DNA of 59,153 nucleotides from Anaerolineae bacterium (GCA_018648655.1 JABGQV010000091.1:1-59153), one strand, 5' to 3'. Counted from the stretch's first letter, positions 39,191-49,694 are shown. Numbers and translations are program-made. The notes: a model not told the origin generated them from the sequence alone.

Positions 39191-40981
39191 ATGGCCTTTG
39201 ATACTGGTGAAAATGTAGGCTCTTATAGAGTTATGGAAAAACTGGGGCGCGGTGGTATGGCAACGGTATATAAAGCCTATCATGCTAATTTAGATCGTTA
39301 TGTTGCGCTTAAGGTTTTGCACCCTGCCTTTTTAGAAGATCCTAATTTTTTGGCACGTTTTCAGCGTGAGGCACGTTTGGTTGCTAAGTTGGAGCATACC
39401 AATATTGTGCCAGTTTATGATTTTGCTGAACACGATGAACAACCTTATTTGGTGATGAAATATATAGAGGGGGACACACTCAAGGCGCATTTAAATAAAG
39501 GCCGCTTAGAGACAGATGAAATCTGGAAAGTTGTTGAAGCGGTTGGTGCAGGCTTAGGGTATGCGCATCAGCAAGGTATTTTACATCGCGATATTAAGCC
39601 ATCTAATGTAATTATGGCAAAAGATGGTAAAGCCTATCTCGCGGATTTCGGTTTAGCGCGGATTGCCCAATCGGGAGAATCTACACTGTCTTCTGACATG
39701 ATTATGGGCACACCCCAATATATTTCACCAGAACAAGCGAAAGGCGAGAAAAATCTTGATAATGGCACCGATATTTATTCTTTTGCGGTGATGCTATATG
39801 AAATGGTGGTCGGTCAAGTGCCATTTAGCTCTGACACGCCTTTTTCCATTATTCATGATCATATTTATTCGCCACTGCCTTTGCCACATTTGGTTAATCC
39901 TAAAGTGCCAGATGAAGTGGAACGCGTTTTGCTTAAAGCACTCTCCAAAGAGCGTGAAGATCGGTATGAAAGTGTAGAAGCATTAAACGCTGCTTTCAAA
40001 AAAGCTTGGGATGATTCTGATATAGATATGGCAGATGCGACTATGACCTCGCCTATTCAAAATATCCCCATGCCCCCATCGCCAGATATTTTAGAAAGGG
40101 TGAGTGCTTCAACTATTATTCCTGAACAAAAAGAGGAAGCAGATATTGCTAAAAAGACAAAAATTTCTGAGAAAACAAAGAAAAAACGTAAAATTTGGCC
40201 TTTTGCCGCTGCTGGGCTTTTAGTATTATTGGCTATTTTCTTTATCATTAATGCTGCAGGACAAGATAGAGTTTTTGAGAACTTATCGGAAGCTGGAGAA
40301 GAAGGCGCAGGCCAATTAGAAGAAAATGCCCCCATCCCAGTGCCTATAGGCCAAGAAGCTCCTGAACGCGTAGAAGAAGCAAGACAGTGGGTAAATGATT
40401 CTCCTGATGATCCTTATGCTCATATAGAATTAGCGCTTATGCTTCTTGAAGAGCAACCAGAAAACAGAGAAGGAATTCAGAACGAAGTAAGAGAAATAGA
40501 AAGAACTGCTGGAGATAATATAGAAATTTATGAAGTCGCAGGTTATGAGTTTGCATCGCGAGGATATTGGCGTGGCGCTACCCTAATGTTTTTACGTGCA
40601 GTAGAAATCAGTGGACAGGAAGATATATATATGCTCGATAATCTTCGTGAAAGTGCATATAAATTTGCTGGTTCACCCCTCTCGAGAAATGAGAGTGGTC
40701 TACTTGATAGAATAACTATAATAGACCCTACACTTACACTTATTGCTCAAGCTCGTCATGAGTTTTATTATGGTGATAGGAAAGCAGCACAAGAAATCTT
40801 GGAAGAAGCCAAAAGACAAAATGCTAAATATCCTGAAATTCCTTTGCTAAGAGCAGAAATATTATTACAGCAAGGTCATTTTGACGAAGCCCGTGGAATA
40901 CTTGAAGCCATTTGGGATTTCCCTGAAGTTCCAGATTGGATAGCCGTAGAAGTTGATAAAGCACTCAGTGAATTACCCTAG
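39191..40981 (+). CDS. Hanks-type Ser/Thr protein kinase, single TM, C-terminal TPR-like ectodomain
   Basis: Start placed at ATG 39191 (track start is TTG 39116). GRGGMATVYKA, ALKVL, HRDIKPSN, DFG and GTPQYISPE. TM IWPFAAAGLLVLLAIFFIINA. The C-terminal helical repeats are TPR-like. Confidence 0.9.
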   Translation: MAFDTGENVGSYRVMEKLGRGGMATVYKAYHANLDRYVALKVLHPAFLEDPNFLARFQREARLVAKLEHTNIVPVYDFAEHDEQPYLVMKYIEGDTLKAHLNKGRLETDEIWKVVEAVGAGLGYAHQQGILHRDIKPSNVIMAKDGKAYLADFGLARIAQSGESTLSSDMIMGTPQYISPEQAKGEKNLDNGTDIYSFAVMLYEMVVGQVPFSSDTPFSIIHDHIYSPLPLPHLVNPKVPDEVERVLLKALSKEREDRYESVEALNAAFKKAWDDSDIDMADATMTSPIQNIPMPPSPDILERVSASTIIPEQKEEADIAKKTKISEKTKKKRKIWPFAAAGLLVLLAIFFIINAAGQDRVFENLSEAGEEGAGQLEENAPIPVPIGQEAPERVEEARQWVNDSPDDPYAHIELALMLLEEQPENREGIQNEVREIERTAGDNIEIYEVAGYEFASRGYWRGATLMFLRAVEISGQEDIYMLDNLRESAYKFAGSPLSRNESGLLDRITIIDPTLTLIAQARHEFYYGDRKAAQEILEEAKRQNAKYPEIPLLRAEILLQQGHFDEARGILEAIWDFPEVPDWIAVEVDKALSELP

Positions 40982-40990
40982 GAGAAAAAT

Positions 40991-41746
40991 ATGCGAACCC
41001 CCATTGTTGCTGGAAATTGGAAAATGAATAAAACAATCTCAGAAGCTCGTGAATTAGTTTCTGAATTTGTACCACTCGTAAAAGATATGAACGCTGTTGA
41101 AATTGTTCTTTGCCCGCCCTCGCCTGCGTTGCTCCCTGTAGCCGCTTTATTAGAAGGAACGGATATTGAACTTGGTGCTCAAAATATGCACTGGGAATCT
41201 GGCGGCGCATACACGGGTGAACTTGCTCCCGTTATGGTGAAGGAATTTGCGAACTTCGTCATTCTTGGTCATTCCGAACGCCGAGCCTATTTCGGAGAGA
41301 CTGATGAGACTGTAAATAAAAAAGTTAAAGCCGCCCAAAATGAAGGCTTAATGCCCATTATTTGTGTAGGTGAAAGCCTTGAAGAAAACCAAGCTGGAAA
41401 AACAGAAGATATTGTATCTGGTCAAATTAAGGCCGGGTTAAAGGACGTAGGCGCAAACTTGGTTATTGCCTATGAACCAATTTGGGCAATCGGCACTGGA
41501 CTTGCCGCAACGAGTGAGATGGCAAACGATACCATTAAGATAATTCGTTCAAACTTGAAAGAACTTTTCGGACAAGAAGATGCCGAAAAAATCCGTATTT
41601 TATATGGTGGCTCTGTGAAGGGGAGTAACGCTGCTGAATACTTCTCTCAATCTGATATTGATGGGGCACTGGTTGGCGGCGCATCCCTCAAAGCAGATGC
41701 TTTTGCAGAGATTGTTGTTGCAGCGCAAAATGAAGCAGTAAAATAA
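40991..41746 (+). CDS. tpiA: triosephosphate isomerase
   Basis: 251 aa. VAGNWKMN, GHSERR, AYEPIWAIGTG and GGASL. Its SD (AGGAGA) overlaps the kinase stop codon. Confidence 0.97.
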   Translation: MRTPIVAGNWKMNKTISEARELVSEFVPLVKDMNAVEIVLCPPSPALLPVAALLEGTDIELGAQNMHWESGGAYTGELAPVMVKEFANFVILGHSERRAYFGETDETVNKKVKAAQNEGLMPIICVGESLEENQAGKTEDIVSGQIKAGLKDVGANLVIAYEPIWAIGTGLAATSEMANDTIKIIRSNLKELFGQEDAEKIRILYGGSVKGSNAAEYFSQSDIDGALVGGASLKADAFAEIVVAAQNEAVK

Positions 41747-41760
41747 ATTTTCTTTTATAA

Positions 41761-41800
41761 AAAAACCCTGATGGATTTCTAAAACCTATCAGGGTTTTTT
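41761..41800 (+). terminator. intrinsic terminator of tpiA
   Basis: AAAAACCCTGAT-N15-ATCAGGGTTTTTT. Confidence 0.85.
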
Positions 41801-41813
41801 ATTATCTTTTCTC

Positions 41814-42575
41814 TTGAATATTTCCTCCCTTAACGGACTTTTATGGCTCCTGCTAATGTTGGTGCCTTTCATATTTTTAGAACGAGCCTTGCATCGTGAG
41901 ATACAAGTTGTTTTTTTGATTCTAACGCGCCGCGCTGATATTGCGATGATAATTTTTTCGGTGATTTTTTTCCCGGGTGTTTTCTTACATGAACTTAGCC
42001 ATTTTCTGATGGCAAAATTACTCATGATAAAAACAGGAAAAGTATCTTTAATCCCCGAGAGTATGCCTGATGGACGCTTAAGACTCGGCTATGTAGAAGT
42101 TACTAAATCGGATATTCTTCGTGATTCTCTTGTGGGTATGGCGCCACTTATTGTAGGCGGATTATTCGTATCTTATGCGGCAATTTATAAACTTAACTTA
42201 CTCCCTCTTTGGGATGCGTTTCGTCAAGCCGAGTTCTCACTTTTTTGGTCTGCATTTGCTTCTTTACCATCTCAACCTGATTTTACACTTTGGTTTTATC
42301 TCACCTTTGCCGTAAGTAGCACTATGCTCCCCTCAGAATCTGATCGAAATGCTTGGCTTCCTTTGGGCGGTGCGATTATTTTGCTTATTGGATTTGTTAT
42401 ATTTGCTGGTGCAGGTGTGTGGATGTTAGAAAATATTGCTCCCCCTCTAAATATTTTTTTTCGGTCAGTAGCTACTATCTTTGGTTTGAGTGCGATGGTG
42501 CATTTCGTTTTTATTTTACCCTTTTTGCTAATACATAAATTGCTTACACGCGTTACGGGCTTGGATATAGGATAA
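41814..42575 (+). CDS. polytopic membrane protein with HExxH motif (putative zincin/DUF3267-like)
   Basis: 253 aa, about 6 TM helices. FPGVFLHELSHFLMAKLL contains HELSH. Start uncertain (TTG 41814 or ATG 41856). Confidence 0.55.
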   Translation: MNISSLNGLLWLLLMLVPFIFLERALHREIQVVFLILTRRADIAMIIFSVIFFPGVFLHELSHFLMAKLLMIKTGKVSLIPESMPDGRLRLGYVEVTKSDILRDSLVGMAPLIVGGLFVSYAAIYKLNLLPLWDAFRQAEFSLFWSAFASLPSQPDFTLWFYLTFAVSSTMLPSESDRNAWLPLGGAIILLIGFVIFAGAGVWMLENIAPPLNIFFRSVATIFGLSAMVHFVFILPFLLIHKLLTRVTGLDIG

Positions 42576-42577
42576 AA

Positions 42578-42623
42578 GATTTCCCTACCCCTCTCCCGGA
42601 GATGGGAGAGGGGTAGGGAAATC
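42578..42623. terminator. 20-bp perfect GC-rich hairpin between convergent genes
   Basis: GATTTCCCTACCCCTCTCCC-GGAGAT-GGGAGAGGGGTAGGGAAATC. There is no clear U-tract, so it may be REP-like rather than a classic terminator. Confidence 0.55.
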
Positions 42624-42697
42624 CAACATTGTCTTGCTCTCCTCGAAATCGAGTACTTAGAATTTGGAGTAGGCTGGTTGGAGGGGTGAAGTTTTTC

Positions 42698-43474
42698 CTA
42701 CACACCCCAATAATTCAAAATCTCTTGCGCCGCTTGCTCTGCGAGACCATAATGATTAAGTACGCAGGTGATTTTTTTATCAGCAGCAATCTCCATATCA
42801 GAAAGAGATGAAGAAAATCTACCTAAAAGTGTTGCTCTAAATTTTTCTTCAACAAGTCGGCTAGGCTCACGATTGAGCAATCTGAAAATCCATTCATGTC
42901 CACTGGGAGCAGCAAGATAAATAATTTTCAGATTATCTCCCCAAGCTGGGATTCCAGAAACTCTATTTTCTTTCAGATATAATAAAGTGGGAATAACGGT
43001 CTCCAGATACATGATCTTTTCTCTGGCTGCTTGCATATCAGACAATAGAATTGCGTTATCCGCGCCGGGGCGAGATTGATAGCGGTAATAAATATCAGCA
43101 TGTGGGTAAAAAAGATCGGGGTTATGAATATCCTGAAAGCCTTTAGGAGTCTCCTCTACAAATATATAAGGATTTTTATGTCCTTCATCAGGGCGAGGCG
43201 ACCTAGTTGCTAATAAATAGATGCGAGGCAATATCAGAGATTGTTCTTTTAGTAAACTCTCAACGCGTTTCATCACATAGCTTTGCCCAGCACCAGATGC
43301 ACCATTAAGAGCCAAGATGCCCGCATTGATTTTCTTTTTTGAGCCAGCACCATCTATTGCTTTTGGGAGTTTTGCAAGCAGCTCATCATATTGCTCTGCT
43401 TGTGAGAGAATTGTCTCTGCATCTTCTTTAGGAAACGATTCTAAAAGGGGCATAATTTCTTTTAATGTGGTCAT
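42698..43474 (-). CDS. guanylate-kinase-like protein with non-canonical Walker A (Lys->Gln)
   Basis: 258 aa. GASGAGQSY where Gmk has GPSGxGKST. LATRSPRPDEGHKNPYIFVEE matches the Gmk TTRxPRxGExxGxxYxFV motif, and IIYLAAPSGHEWIFRLLNRE matches Gmk IFIxPPSxxxLxxRLxxR. GAGGAAA SD. Last gene of the guaB-purA-upp string. Confidence 0.7.
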   Translation of the reverse strand: MTTLKEIMPLLESFPKEDAETILSQAEQYDELLAKLPKAIDGAGSKKKINAGILALNGASGAGQSYVMKRVESLLKEQSLILPRIYLLATRSPRPDEGHKNPYIFVEETPKGFQDIHNPDLFYPHADIYYRYQSRPGADNAILLSDMQAAREKIMYLETVIPTLLYLKENRVSGIPAWGDNLKIIYLAAPSGHEWIFRLLNREPSRLVEEKFRATLLGRFSSSLSDMEIAADKKITCVLNHYGLAEQAAQEILNYWGV

Positions 43475-43528
43475 TTTATTTTCCTCATATCTGATTACAG
43501 AATACGGATTTCTGAATACTATACACCG

Positions 43529-44155
43529 TTACGCCGTCCCAAACTGTCTATCACCTGCATCGCCCAAGCCAGGGAGAATATAGCCAATCTCGTTTAATTT
43601 CTCATCAATTGCGGCAAGGTGAATGGGCACATCGGGGTGTGCTTCTTGCATCACAGCGATGCCTTCAGGGGAGGCAATCATGGCAATAAACTTGATTCTG
43701 TTCACACCCCATCGCTTCACGATGTCCACTGTCGCAACTGCTGAACCGCCAGTAGCAAGCATTGGGTCAAGAACGAGACAAACGGAAACTGTGGGGGCAA
43801 TGGGCAATTTATTATAGTATTCAACTGGTTGCAAAGTTTCCTCATCCCTATATAAACCAATATGCCAAACTTCTGCTGAGGGCATTAGTCCCCAAACGCC
43901 TTCGACCATCCCTAATCCTGCTCGCAAGATGGGCACAAGGCCAATTTTTTCTTTGAGTTCAAAGCCATCGGTTTCTGTGAGTGGGGTTTCAACTTTACGC
44001 GGAGATGTGAGTAAATCGGCGGTGGCCTCATAAGTAAGTAAAGCACCGATTTCACGTGTTAGTTCGCGAAACTTTTTTGGTTGTGTGTTTTTATCGCGTA
44101 AACGAGTTAATTTATGAGCAACAAGGGGATGTCGCGATGGATATATATTGGACAT
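43529..44155 (-). CDS. upp: uracil phosphoribosyltransferase
   Basis: 208 aa. [28 protein letters not shown] and PGLGDAGDR. Confidence 0.95.
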   Translation of the reverse strand: MSNIYPSRHPLVAHKLTRLRDKNTQPKKFRELTREIGALLTYEATADLLTSPRKVETPLTETDGFELKEKIGLVPILRAGLGMVEGVWGLMPSAEVWHIGLYRDEETLQPVEYYNKLPIAPTVSVCLVLDPMLATGGSAVATVDIVKRWGVNRIKFIAMIASPEGIAVMQEAHPDVPIHLAAIDEKLNEIGYILPGLGDAGDRQFGTA

Positions 44156-44256
44156 AATTTTCTCCTAAATAAAAGTACGGTAATTATAGTGAAGATTTGC
44201 CGCGTACGCATGTTGTACTTGCGTACTGCTATTAGCGATATTTTAACTTGCAGCGT

Positions 44257-45567
44257 CTACTCTATCCGATAAAAAACTTCATTACGTGCAGGGCCATTGG
44301 AGATAATCTCGACCTTCACGCCAACACTATCTTCAATAAACTTTACATATTTTTGAGCTTCTTTAGGGAAATCTATAAAGTTTTTGATGCCTTCTGTAGG
44401 AGATTGCCATCTTGGCATGGTTTTGTAGATTGGCTTTGCTTCTGCCATAAATTCTGCATCGGCAGTGGGAAGGGTATCGTATCTTCTGCTATTATGCTCA
44501 TAATGCGTGCATATTTTGATTTCATCCATACCGTCTAAGATATCTATTTTAGTGAGAGCAATAGAGTTTATGCCACCAATTTGAAGGCTATAGCGCAAAG
44601 CGGGCAAATCTAACCAACCACAGCGACGTGGGCGCCCTGTTGTGGCGCCGTATTCGTTGCCGAGCTCTCTTAATTTATCACCAACTTTACCTGTTAATTC
44701 TGTGGGCATTGGGCCAGAGCCAACGCGTGTTTGGTAGGCTTTTGTGACGCCGATAACACGCTGAATATCATTTTGTTGTAAACCAGTAGCAATTGAAAAG
44801 CCTGTAATGCCTGGATGACTAGATGTAACATAGGGATAGGTGCCTAAATCAATATCCAGTAGCATCCCTTGCGCGCCTTCGCCAAGGATATTTGCACCTT
44901 CTTTTTGTGCTTTCCAAATGATTGGAAGTGGATTGCCGATCATGGGTGCTAAAACTTCTTTTGCAGCACGAAAATCTGCTAGAATTTTATCTTTATCTAG
45001 CATTTCCCCATAGATATCATCATTATTTACATTCATTATACTAATCAATTGCTTTTGCCACGCTAATTCACGTAAAATGATTTCTTCAAAATTTTCTCGA
45101 AGCATATCGCCCATACGTACGCCAATACGTTCTGTTCTATCAGCATAGAGAGGGCCAATTCCACGCCCTGTTGTGCCGACTTTTGAAGCACCGCGAGCAG
45201 TTTCACGAAGCGTATCACGTGCAATATGCCAAGGCATAATGATATGGGCATATTCTGAAATGAGCAAATTTTTCTCTGAAATTTTTACGCTTTTTTTGCG
45301 TAATTCTTCAATTTCTGAAACTAAGGTTAGAGGAGAAAGTGCAACTGATCCTGCTAAGATAGAGAGAGCATTGGGGTTAAAGATACCAGTAGGAATAAGA
45401 TGGAATTTGAATTCTCCATAATCATTCACAACGGTATGTCCCGCATTTGCACCACCATTGAAGCGGACGACTAAATCTGCTGAGTGAGAGAAAACGTCTA
45501 CAAATTTTCCTTTACCGCTATCGCCCCATGCGGTGTCTATAACGATATTTGTACCTTTGAGTTTCAT
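44257..45567 (-). CDS. purA: adenylosuccinate synthetase
   Basis: 436 aa. WGDSGKGKFVD, GGANAGHTV, TTGRGIGP and GATTGRPRRCGW. Confidence 0.97.
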   Translation of the reverse strand: MKLKGTNIVIDTAWGDSGKGKFVDVFSHSADLVVRFNGGANAGHTVVNDYGEFKFHLIPTGIFNPNALSILAGSVALSPLTLVSEIEELRKKSVKISEKNLLISEYAHIIMPWHIARDTLRETARGASKVGTTGRGIGPLYADRTERIGVRMGDMLRENFEEIILRELAWQKQLISIMNVNNDDIYGEMLDKDKILADFRAAKEVLAPMIGNPLPIIWKAQKEGANILGEGAQGMLLDIDLGTYPYVTSSHPGITGFSIATGLQQNDIQRVIGVTKAYQTRVGSGPMPTELTGKVGDKLRELGNEYGATTGRPRRCGWLDLPALRYSLQIGGINSIALTKIDILDGMDEIKICTHYEHNSRRYDTLPTADAEFMAEAKPIYKTMPRWQSPTEGIKNFIDFPKEAQKYVKFIEDSVGVKVEIISNGPARNEVFYRIE

Positions 45568-45690
45568 ATTATTTTCCTTAAAAGTGTATATTTGACCGCG
45601 TATCAGGATTTATCACAAAGAGATAATCACCAGCGGCACTCAAGTTGAAATCACGTGTGTCGCGGAGTGAATCCGTTATCTCTCTAAAAT

Positions 45691-47133
45691 TTATTTTAAA
45701 CTTACATCGTGGGGGTGTGATTCTTTTAATCCAACTGGCGTCATCCGCACAAAGATTGCTTTTTCATGGAGCTCTGCAATACTGTGAGCATTTGTATAGC
45801 TCATCCCCGATTTTAGCCCGCCAATAAGCTGAGCGAGTACCTCACGGGTGGAGCCACGATAAGGAACGAGCGCATCGACGCCTTCGGCAACATATTCTTC
45901 AACTTCTTCTTTTCTAAGATCAGCTTTGCCATTTTCACGGGTTTTTCGGGCAAGGTTTGCCTGCAAAGATGCCATGCCGCGCGAAGATTTATAGCGATGC
46001 CCACCACGTGTGACAAAGATGCCCGGGCTTTCTTCGGTGCCTGCTAGCATAGAGCCGAGCATAACCGTGGATGCGCCCGCGCCAAGGGCTTTAACGATAT
46101 CGCCTGAGGTGCGAATGCCTCCGTCTGCGATGACGGGAATGCCTTGAGGCCGAGCAACCTTGGCACATTCGTTAACAGCGGTAAATTGCGGCACGCCCGC
46201 GCCTGCAACGAGCCGTGTGATGCAAATGGAGCCAGGTCCAACCCCAACTTTGACTGCGTCTACACCTGCGTCTATGAGGCGTTGAGTGCCTTCAGCAGTA
46301 GCTACGTTTCCGCCCACAATTTGTGCAAATGGAAAGTTTTTACGGATATTTTTGACGATATTTATTTCTAATTCTGAGTCCCCATGTGCAATATCAACGA
46401 CTAAGGCATCTACATTTGCTTCGAGCAATTTTTCTACACGTTCTAAATCATTTGCCTTTACACCTATAGCCGCACCTACTGATAAACGTCCTAATTCATC
46501 TTTGCTTGCAAGAGGATATTTTTCTAATTTGAGAATATCTTTTACGGTAATTAATCCTGTCAAATGATTATTCTTATCCACGAGGGGAAGTTTTTCAACG
46601 CGATATTTATGCAAAAGTTTCTCTGCTTCTTTAAGATTCGTATTTGTGGGTGCAGTGAAAACTTTTTTGCTCATTACTTCGCTAACGGATCTATTATCGT
46701 CTTTTTCAAAGAGCAAATCGCGCGTAGTAATGATTCCAACAACACGCTCATTTGCATCTAAGATAATAATTCCACCCGTATAAGTCTCTTCTACTATACG
46801 CCGAACATCACCAACTTTATGCTCTGTAGTGAGCGTAATCGGATTTTCGACTACAAAAGACTCCGATTTTTTTACTTGGCGTACTTGGTCTACTTGTTCT
46901 TCTATAGACATAAAGCGATGAATAATACCAATCCCACCGGCGCGTGCCATTAGAATTGCCATTTCTGCTTCTGTGACTGTATCCATATTTGCAGAGATAA
47001 TGGGAATTTGCAAAGGTAAATTTTCGGTTAATTGGGTTTGGGTGGAAAGTGTTTTGCGTGAAGCAATATCAGAATATTGGGGTACGAGTAAAATATCATC
47101 GTAAGTGAGTGCGGTATTGGGTAGTATTTTCAT
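45691..47133 (-). CDS. guaB: IMP dehydrogenase
   Basis: 480 aa. A CBS pair is inserted in the TIM barrel. [11 protein letters not shown]-like ([14 protein letters not shown]) and GGIRTSGDI. Confidence 0.97.
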   Translation of the reverse strand: MKILPNTALTYDDILLVPQYSDIASRKTLSTQTQLTENLPLQIPIISANMDTVTEAEMAILMARAGGIGIIHRFMSIEEQVDQVRQVKKSESFVVENPITLTTEHKVGDVRRIVEETYTGGIIILDANERVVGIITTRDLLFEKDDNRSVSEVMSKKVFTAPTNTNLKEAEKLLHKYRVEKLPLVDKNNHLTGLITVKDILKLEKYPLASKDELGRLSVGAAIGVKANDLERVEKLLEANVDALVVDIAHGDSELEINIVKNIRKNFPFAQIVGGNVATAEGTQRLIDAGVDAVKVGVGPGSICITRLVAGAGVPQFTAVNECAKVARPQGIPVIADGGIRTSGDIVKALGAGASTVMLGSMLAGTEESPGIFVTRGGHRYKSSRGMASLQANLARKTRENGKADLRKEEVEEYVAEGVDALVPYRGSTREVLAQLIGGLKSGMSYTNAHSIAELHEKAIFVRMTPVGLKESHPHDVSLK

Positions 47134-47209
47134 TTATTCCTTCCTCAATAATGGTTTTTTTACCGCTCCCCATTATACACGCCTTCCCGCCATCGTTTAT
47201 AATTGCTCT

Positions 47210-48598
47210 ATGGAAAATCACAAACTTAGCTATCTATCCCCCCTTGATGGGCGTTATGCCAAAATTACAGCTCCTTTGCGTGCTCATTTTTCTGAATTTG
47301 CCTATATTCGCACGCGTATGGCGGTCGAAATTAATTATATTATTTCCCTCTCGCAGAGCCTAGAAATTATCCGTCCTTTCACAGAAGACGAGCTTGAGAT
47401 TCTCCATACGCTAGAAAATAATTTTTCTCTTGAAGATGCCGAGCGTGTCAAAGAAATTGAATTAGAAACACGCCACGATGTTAAAGCAATTGAATATTTC
47501 CTCCGTGAAAAACTGCAAAAAACTTCTCTTTTGGATATCTTAGAGTGGATTCATTTTGGACTAACCAGCGCAGATGTGAATTTCACATCTCTTGCCCTTG
47601 AACTACGAAACGCACGTGACCTGAGCTTGATGCCCTCCATCAACAGCCTCTTATCTCAAATCACAAATCTGGTCAGAGATACCAAAACCATTCAGATGCT
47701 AGCACGCACGCACGGGCAGCCAGCTGTCCCGACCACTTTTGGTAAAGAAATGGCTGTCTTTTTGGCACGTTTATTAAAAGAACGGGAAATGCTTAACGCA
47801 CATAAATTTGAAGCCAAATTTAGCGGCGCAGTTGGCAACTATAATGCCCAAATAGCAGCTTTCCCTGAAGTAGATTGGATTAAATTCAACCAAGAATTTT
47901 TTGAAGAACTGGGTTTAGAATCTAATATAATCACCACTCAAATCTTGCCTTATGATAATTGGCTTTCTTATTTTCAAAAATTATATTTATTCAATGCCAT
48001 TCTCATAGACTTCTCCCAAGATATTTGGCGCTATATTAGCGATGGCTATCTAAAATTGCGTGTAGTTGAAGGCGAGGTGGGTTCATCCACGATGCCACAA
48101 AAAGTTAACCCCATAGATTTTGAAAACGCAGAAGGTAATCTCGGCCTTGCAAATGCCCTGCTCGAATATTTTATCCGTAAACTTCCTATTTCTCGCCTTC
48201 AGCGCGATCTCTCCGATTCAACGGTACGACGTAATTTTGGCGCTGCATTGGGCTATAGCCTTATTGCCTATTCAAGTCTCTCACGTGGACTAGGACGTAT
48301 TGCCGCAAATAAAGACTTAATGCAATCGGATTTAGAAAATCGCTGGGAGGTTGTCGCAGAGGGCGCTCAAAGCATACTCCGTGCAGCGGAAATCTCAGAA
48401 AGTTATGAAAAGCTAAAAGCACTAACGCGTGGGAAGAAACTTAATCAAGAAATCTATACAAATTGGATTGAAAGCCTAGATGTAGAGACGACAGTTAAAA
48501 AGAAATTGCATCAGCTTTCTCCGCTAAAATATTTTGGCTTATCTGAGAAAATTGCAGAAGAAGTTTTAGCACTCATAGAAAAAGATTCGACTCTATAA
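47210..48598 (+). CDS. purB: adenylosuccinate lyase
   Basis: Start placed at ATG 47210, because track start 47105 overlaps the guaB 5' end. LSPLDGRY, the signature GSSTMPQKVNP and HGQPA. Confidence 0.93.
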   Translation: MENHKLSYLSPLDGRYAKITAPLRAHFSEFAYIRTRMAVEINYIISLSQSLEIIRPFTEDELEILHTLENNFSLEDAERVKEIELETRHDVKAIEYFLREKLQKTSLLDILEWIHFGLTSADVNFTSLALELRNARDLSLMPSINSLLSQITNLVRDTKTIQMLARTHGQPAVPTTFGKEMAVFLARLLKEREMLNAHKFEAKFSGAVGNYNAQIAAFPEVDWIKFNQEFFEELGLESNIITTQILPYDNWLSYFQKLYLFNAILIDFSQDIWRYISDGYLKLRVVEGEVGSSTMPQKVNPIDFENAEGNLGLANALLEYFIRKLPISRLQRDLSDSTVRRNFGAALGYSLIAYSSLSRGLGRIAANKDLMQSDLENRWEVVAEGAQSILRAAEISESYEKLKALTRGKKLNQEIYTNWIESLDVETTVKKKLHQLSPLKYFGLSEKIAEEVLALIEKDSTL

Positions 48599-48665
48599 TA
48601 GTTGTGGTTGTCGCTATTATAAATTTACCCCTTAGAACTTAGAAACTTACCTTATAATTCAACTT

Positions 48666-49694
48666 ATGACATCTACCGAAAACCGCCCGCTCGACCCCGA
48701 AAAGAAAGCAGACGATAGTATAGACCACGCCTTGCGTCCAAAGATGCTTGGTGATCTTATTGGTCAGCATAAAGTTAAAGAAAATCTTGAGATTCTCATC
48801 GAAGCTGCACGCCAACGTGAAGAAGCTCTCGACCATGTTCTTTTCTACGGACCTCCCGGGTTAGGCAAAACGACCCTCGCTCATATTTTGGCGAATGAGA
48901 TGCAAGTTAATATTCGTGTAACATCGGGGCCTGCCATTGAGCGTGCGGGCGATTTAGCCGCAATCCTCACTAATCTGCGGGCGGGCGATATTCTTTTTAT
49001 TGATGAAATCCATCGTCTTGGTCGCGTGGTCGAAGAAGTGCTCTATCCCGCGATGGAAGACTTTTCTTTAGATATTATTGTTGGGAAGGGACCCTCAGCC
49101 CGTTCCATTCGGCTGAAATTACCCCGCTTCACAGTGGTTGGTGCAACTACTCGTTTGGCTTTAGTAACTGCGCCTTTGCGTGCTAGATTTGGCGCAGTCT
49201 ACAGATTAGAATACTACGATAACGAAGCGATACAAGCTATCGTCACTCGTGCCGCCAAGATGCTAAAAGTCCCCTACGATGAAGATGGGATCAAAGAAAT
49301 CTCACGTCGCGCACGTGGAACACCACGTGTGGCACTGCGTTTATTGCGCCGCGTCCGTGATTACGCCCAAGTCCGCGCGGATGGAAAAATCACCGCGTCA
49401 GTCGCATCCGATGCTTTAGGTTTGCTCTCCATTGATTCCCTCGGCTTAGATGATATGGATCGCCGCGTCCTAAAAGCCATCATCGAAAAATATCGCGGTG
49501 GTCCCGTTGGCTTAAACACCATCGGCGCATCCATCAGCGAAGAACCCGATACTATTATGGATGTGGTTGAACCCTATTTGCTCCAACTCGGATTCTTAGA
49601 TCGTACCCCGCAAGGTCGCATTGCCACACGCTTGGCGTATGAACATTTGGGTTTTGAATATCAAGTAGAAGAGCAACAGGGAAAACTTTTATAA
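48666..49694 (+). CDS. ruvB: Holliday junction branch-migration helicase RuvB
   Basis: 342 aa. [29 protein letters not shown] and [16 protein letters not shown]. Confidence 0.97.
   Translation: MTSTENRPLDPEKKADDSIDHALRPKMLGDLIGQHKVKENLEILIEAARQREEALDHVLFYGPPGLGKTTLAHILANEMQVNIRVTSGPAIERAGDLAAILTNLRAGDILFIDEIHRLGRVVEEVLYPAMEDFSLDIIVGKGPSARSIRLKLPRFTVVGATTRLALVTAPLRARFGAVYRLEYYDNEAIQAIVTRAAKMLKVPYDEDGIKEISRRARGTPRVALRLLRRVRDYAQVRADGKITASVASDALGLLSIDSLGLDDMDRRVLKAIIEKYRGGPVGLNTIGASISEEPDTIMDVVEPYLLQLGFLDRTPQGRIATRLAYEHLGFEYQVEEQQGKLL

Noticed and set aside
45619-45683. Nested hairpin (AGAGATAA...TTATCTCT enclosing CACTC...GAGTG) between guaB and purA, considered as a possible riboswitch.
   Set aside because: It contains no conserved riboswitch core (purine, ZTP or PRPP type) that I can recognise. 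It is most simply a guaB 3' stem-loop or partial terminator.
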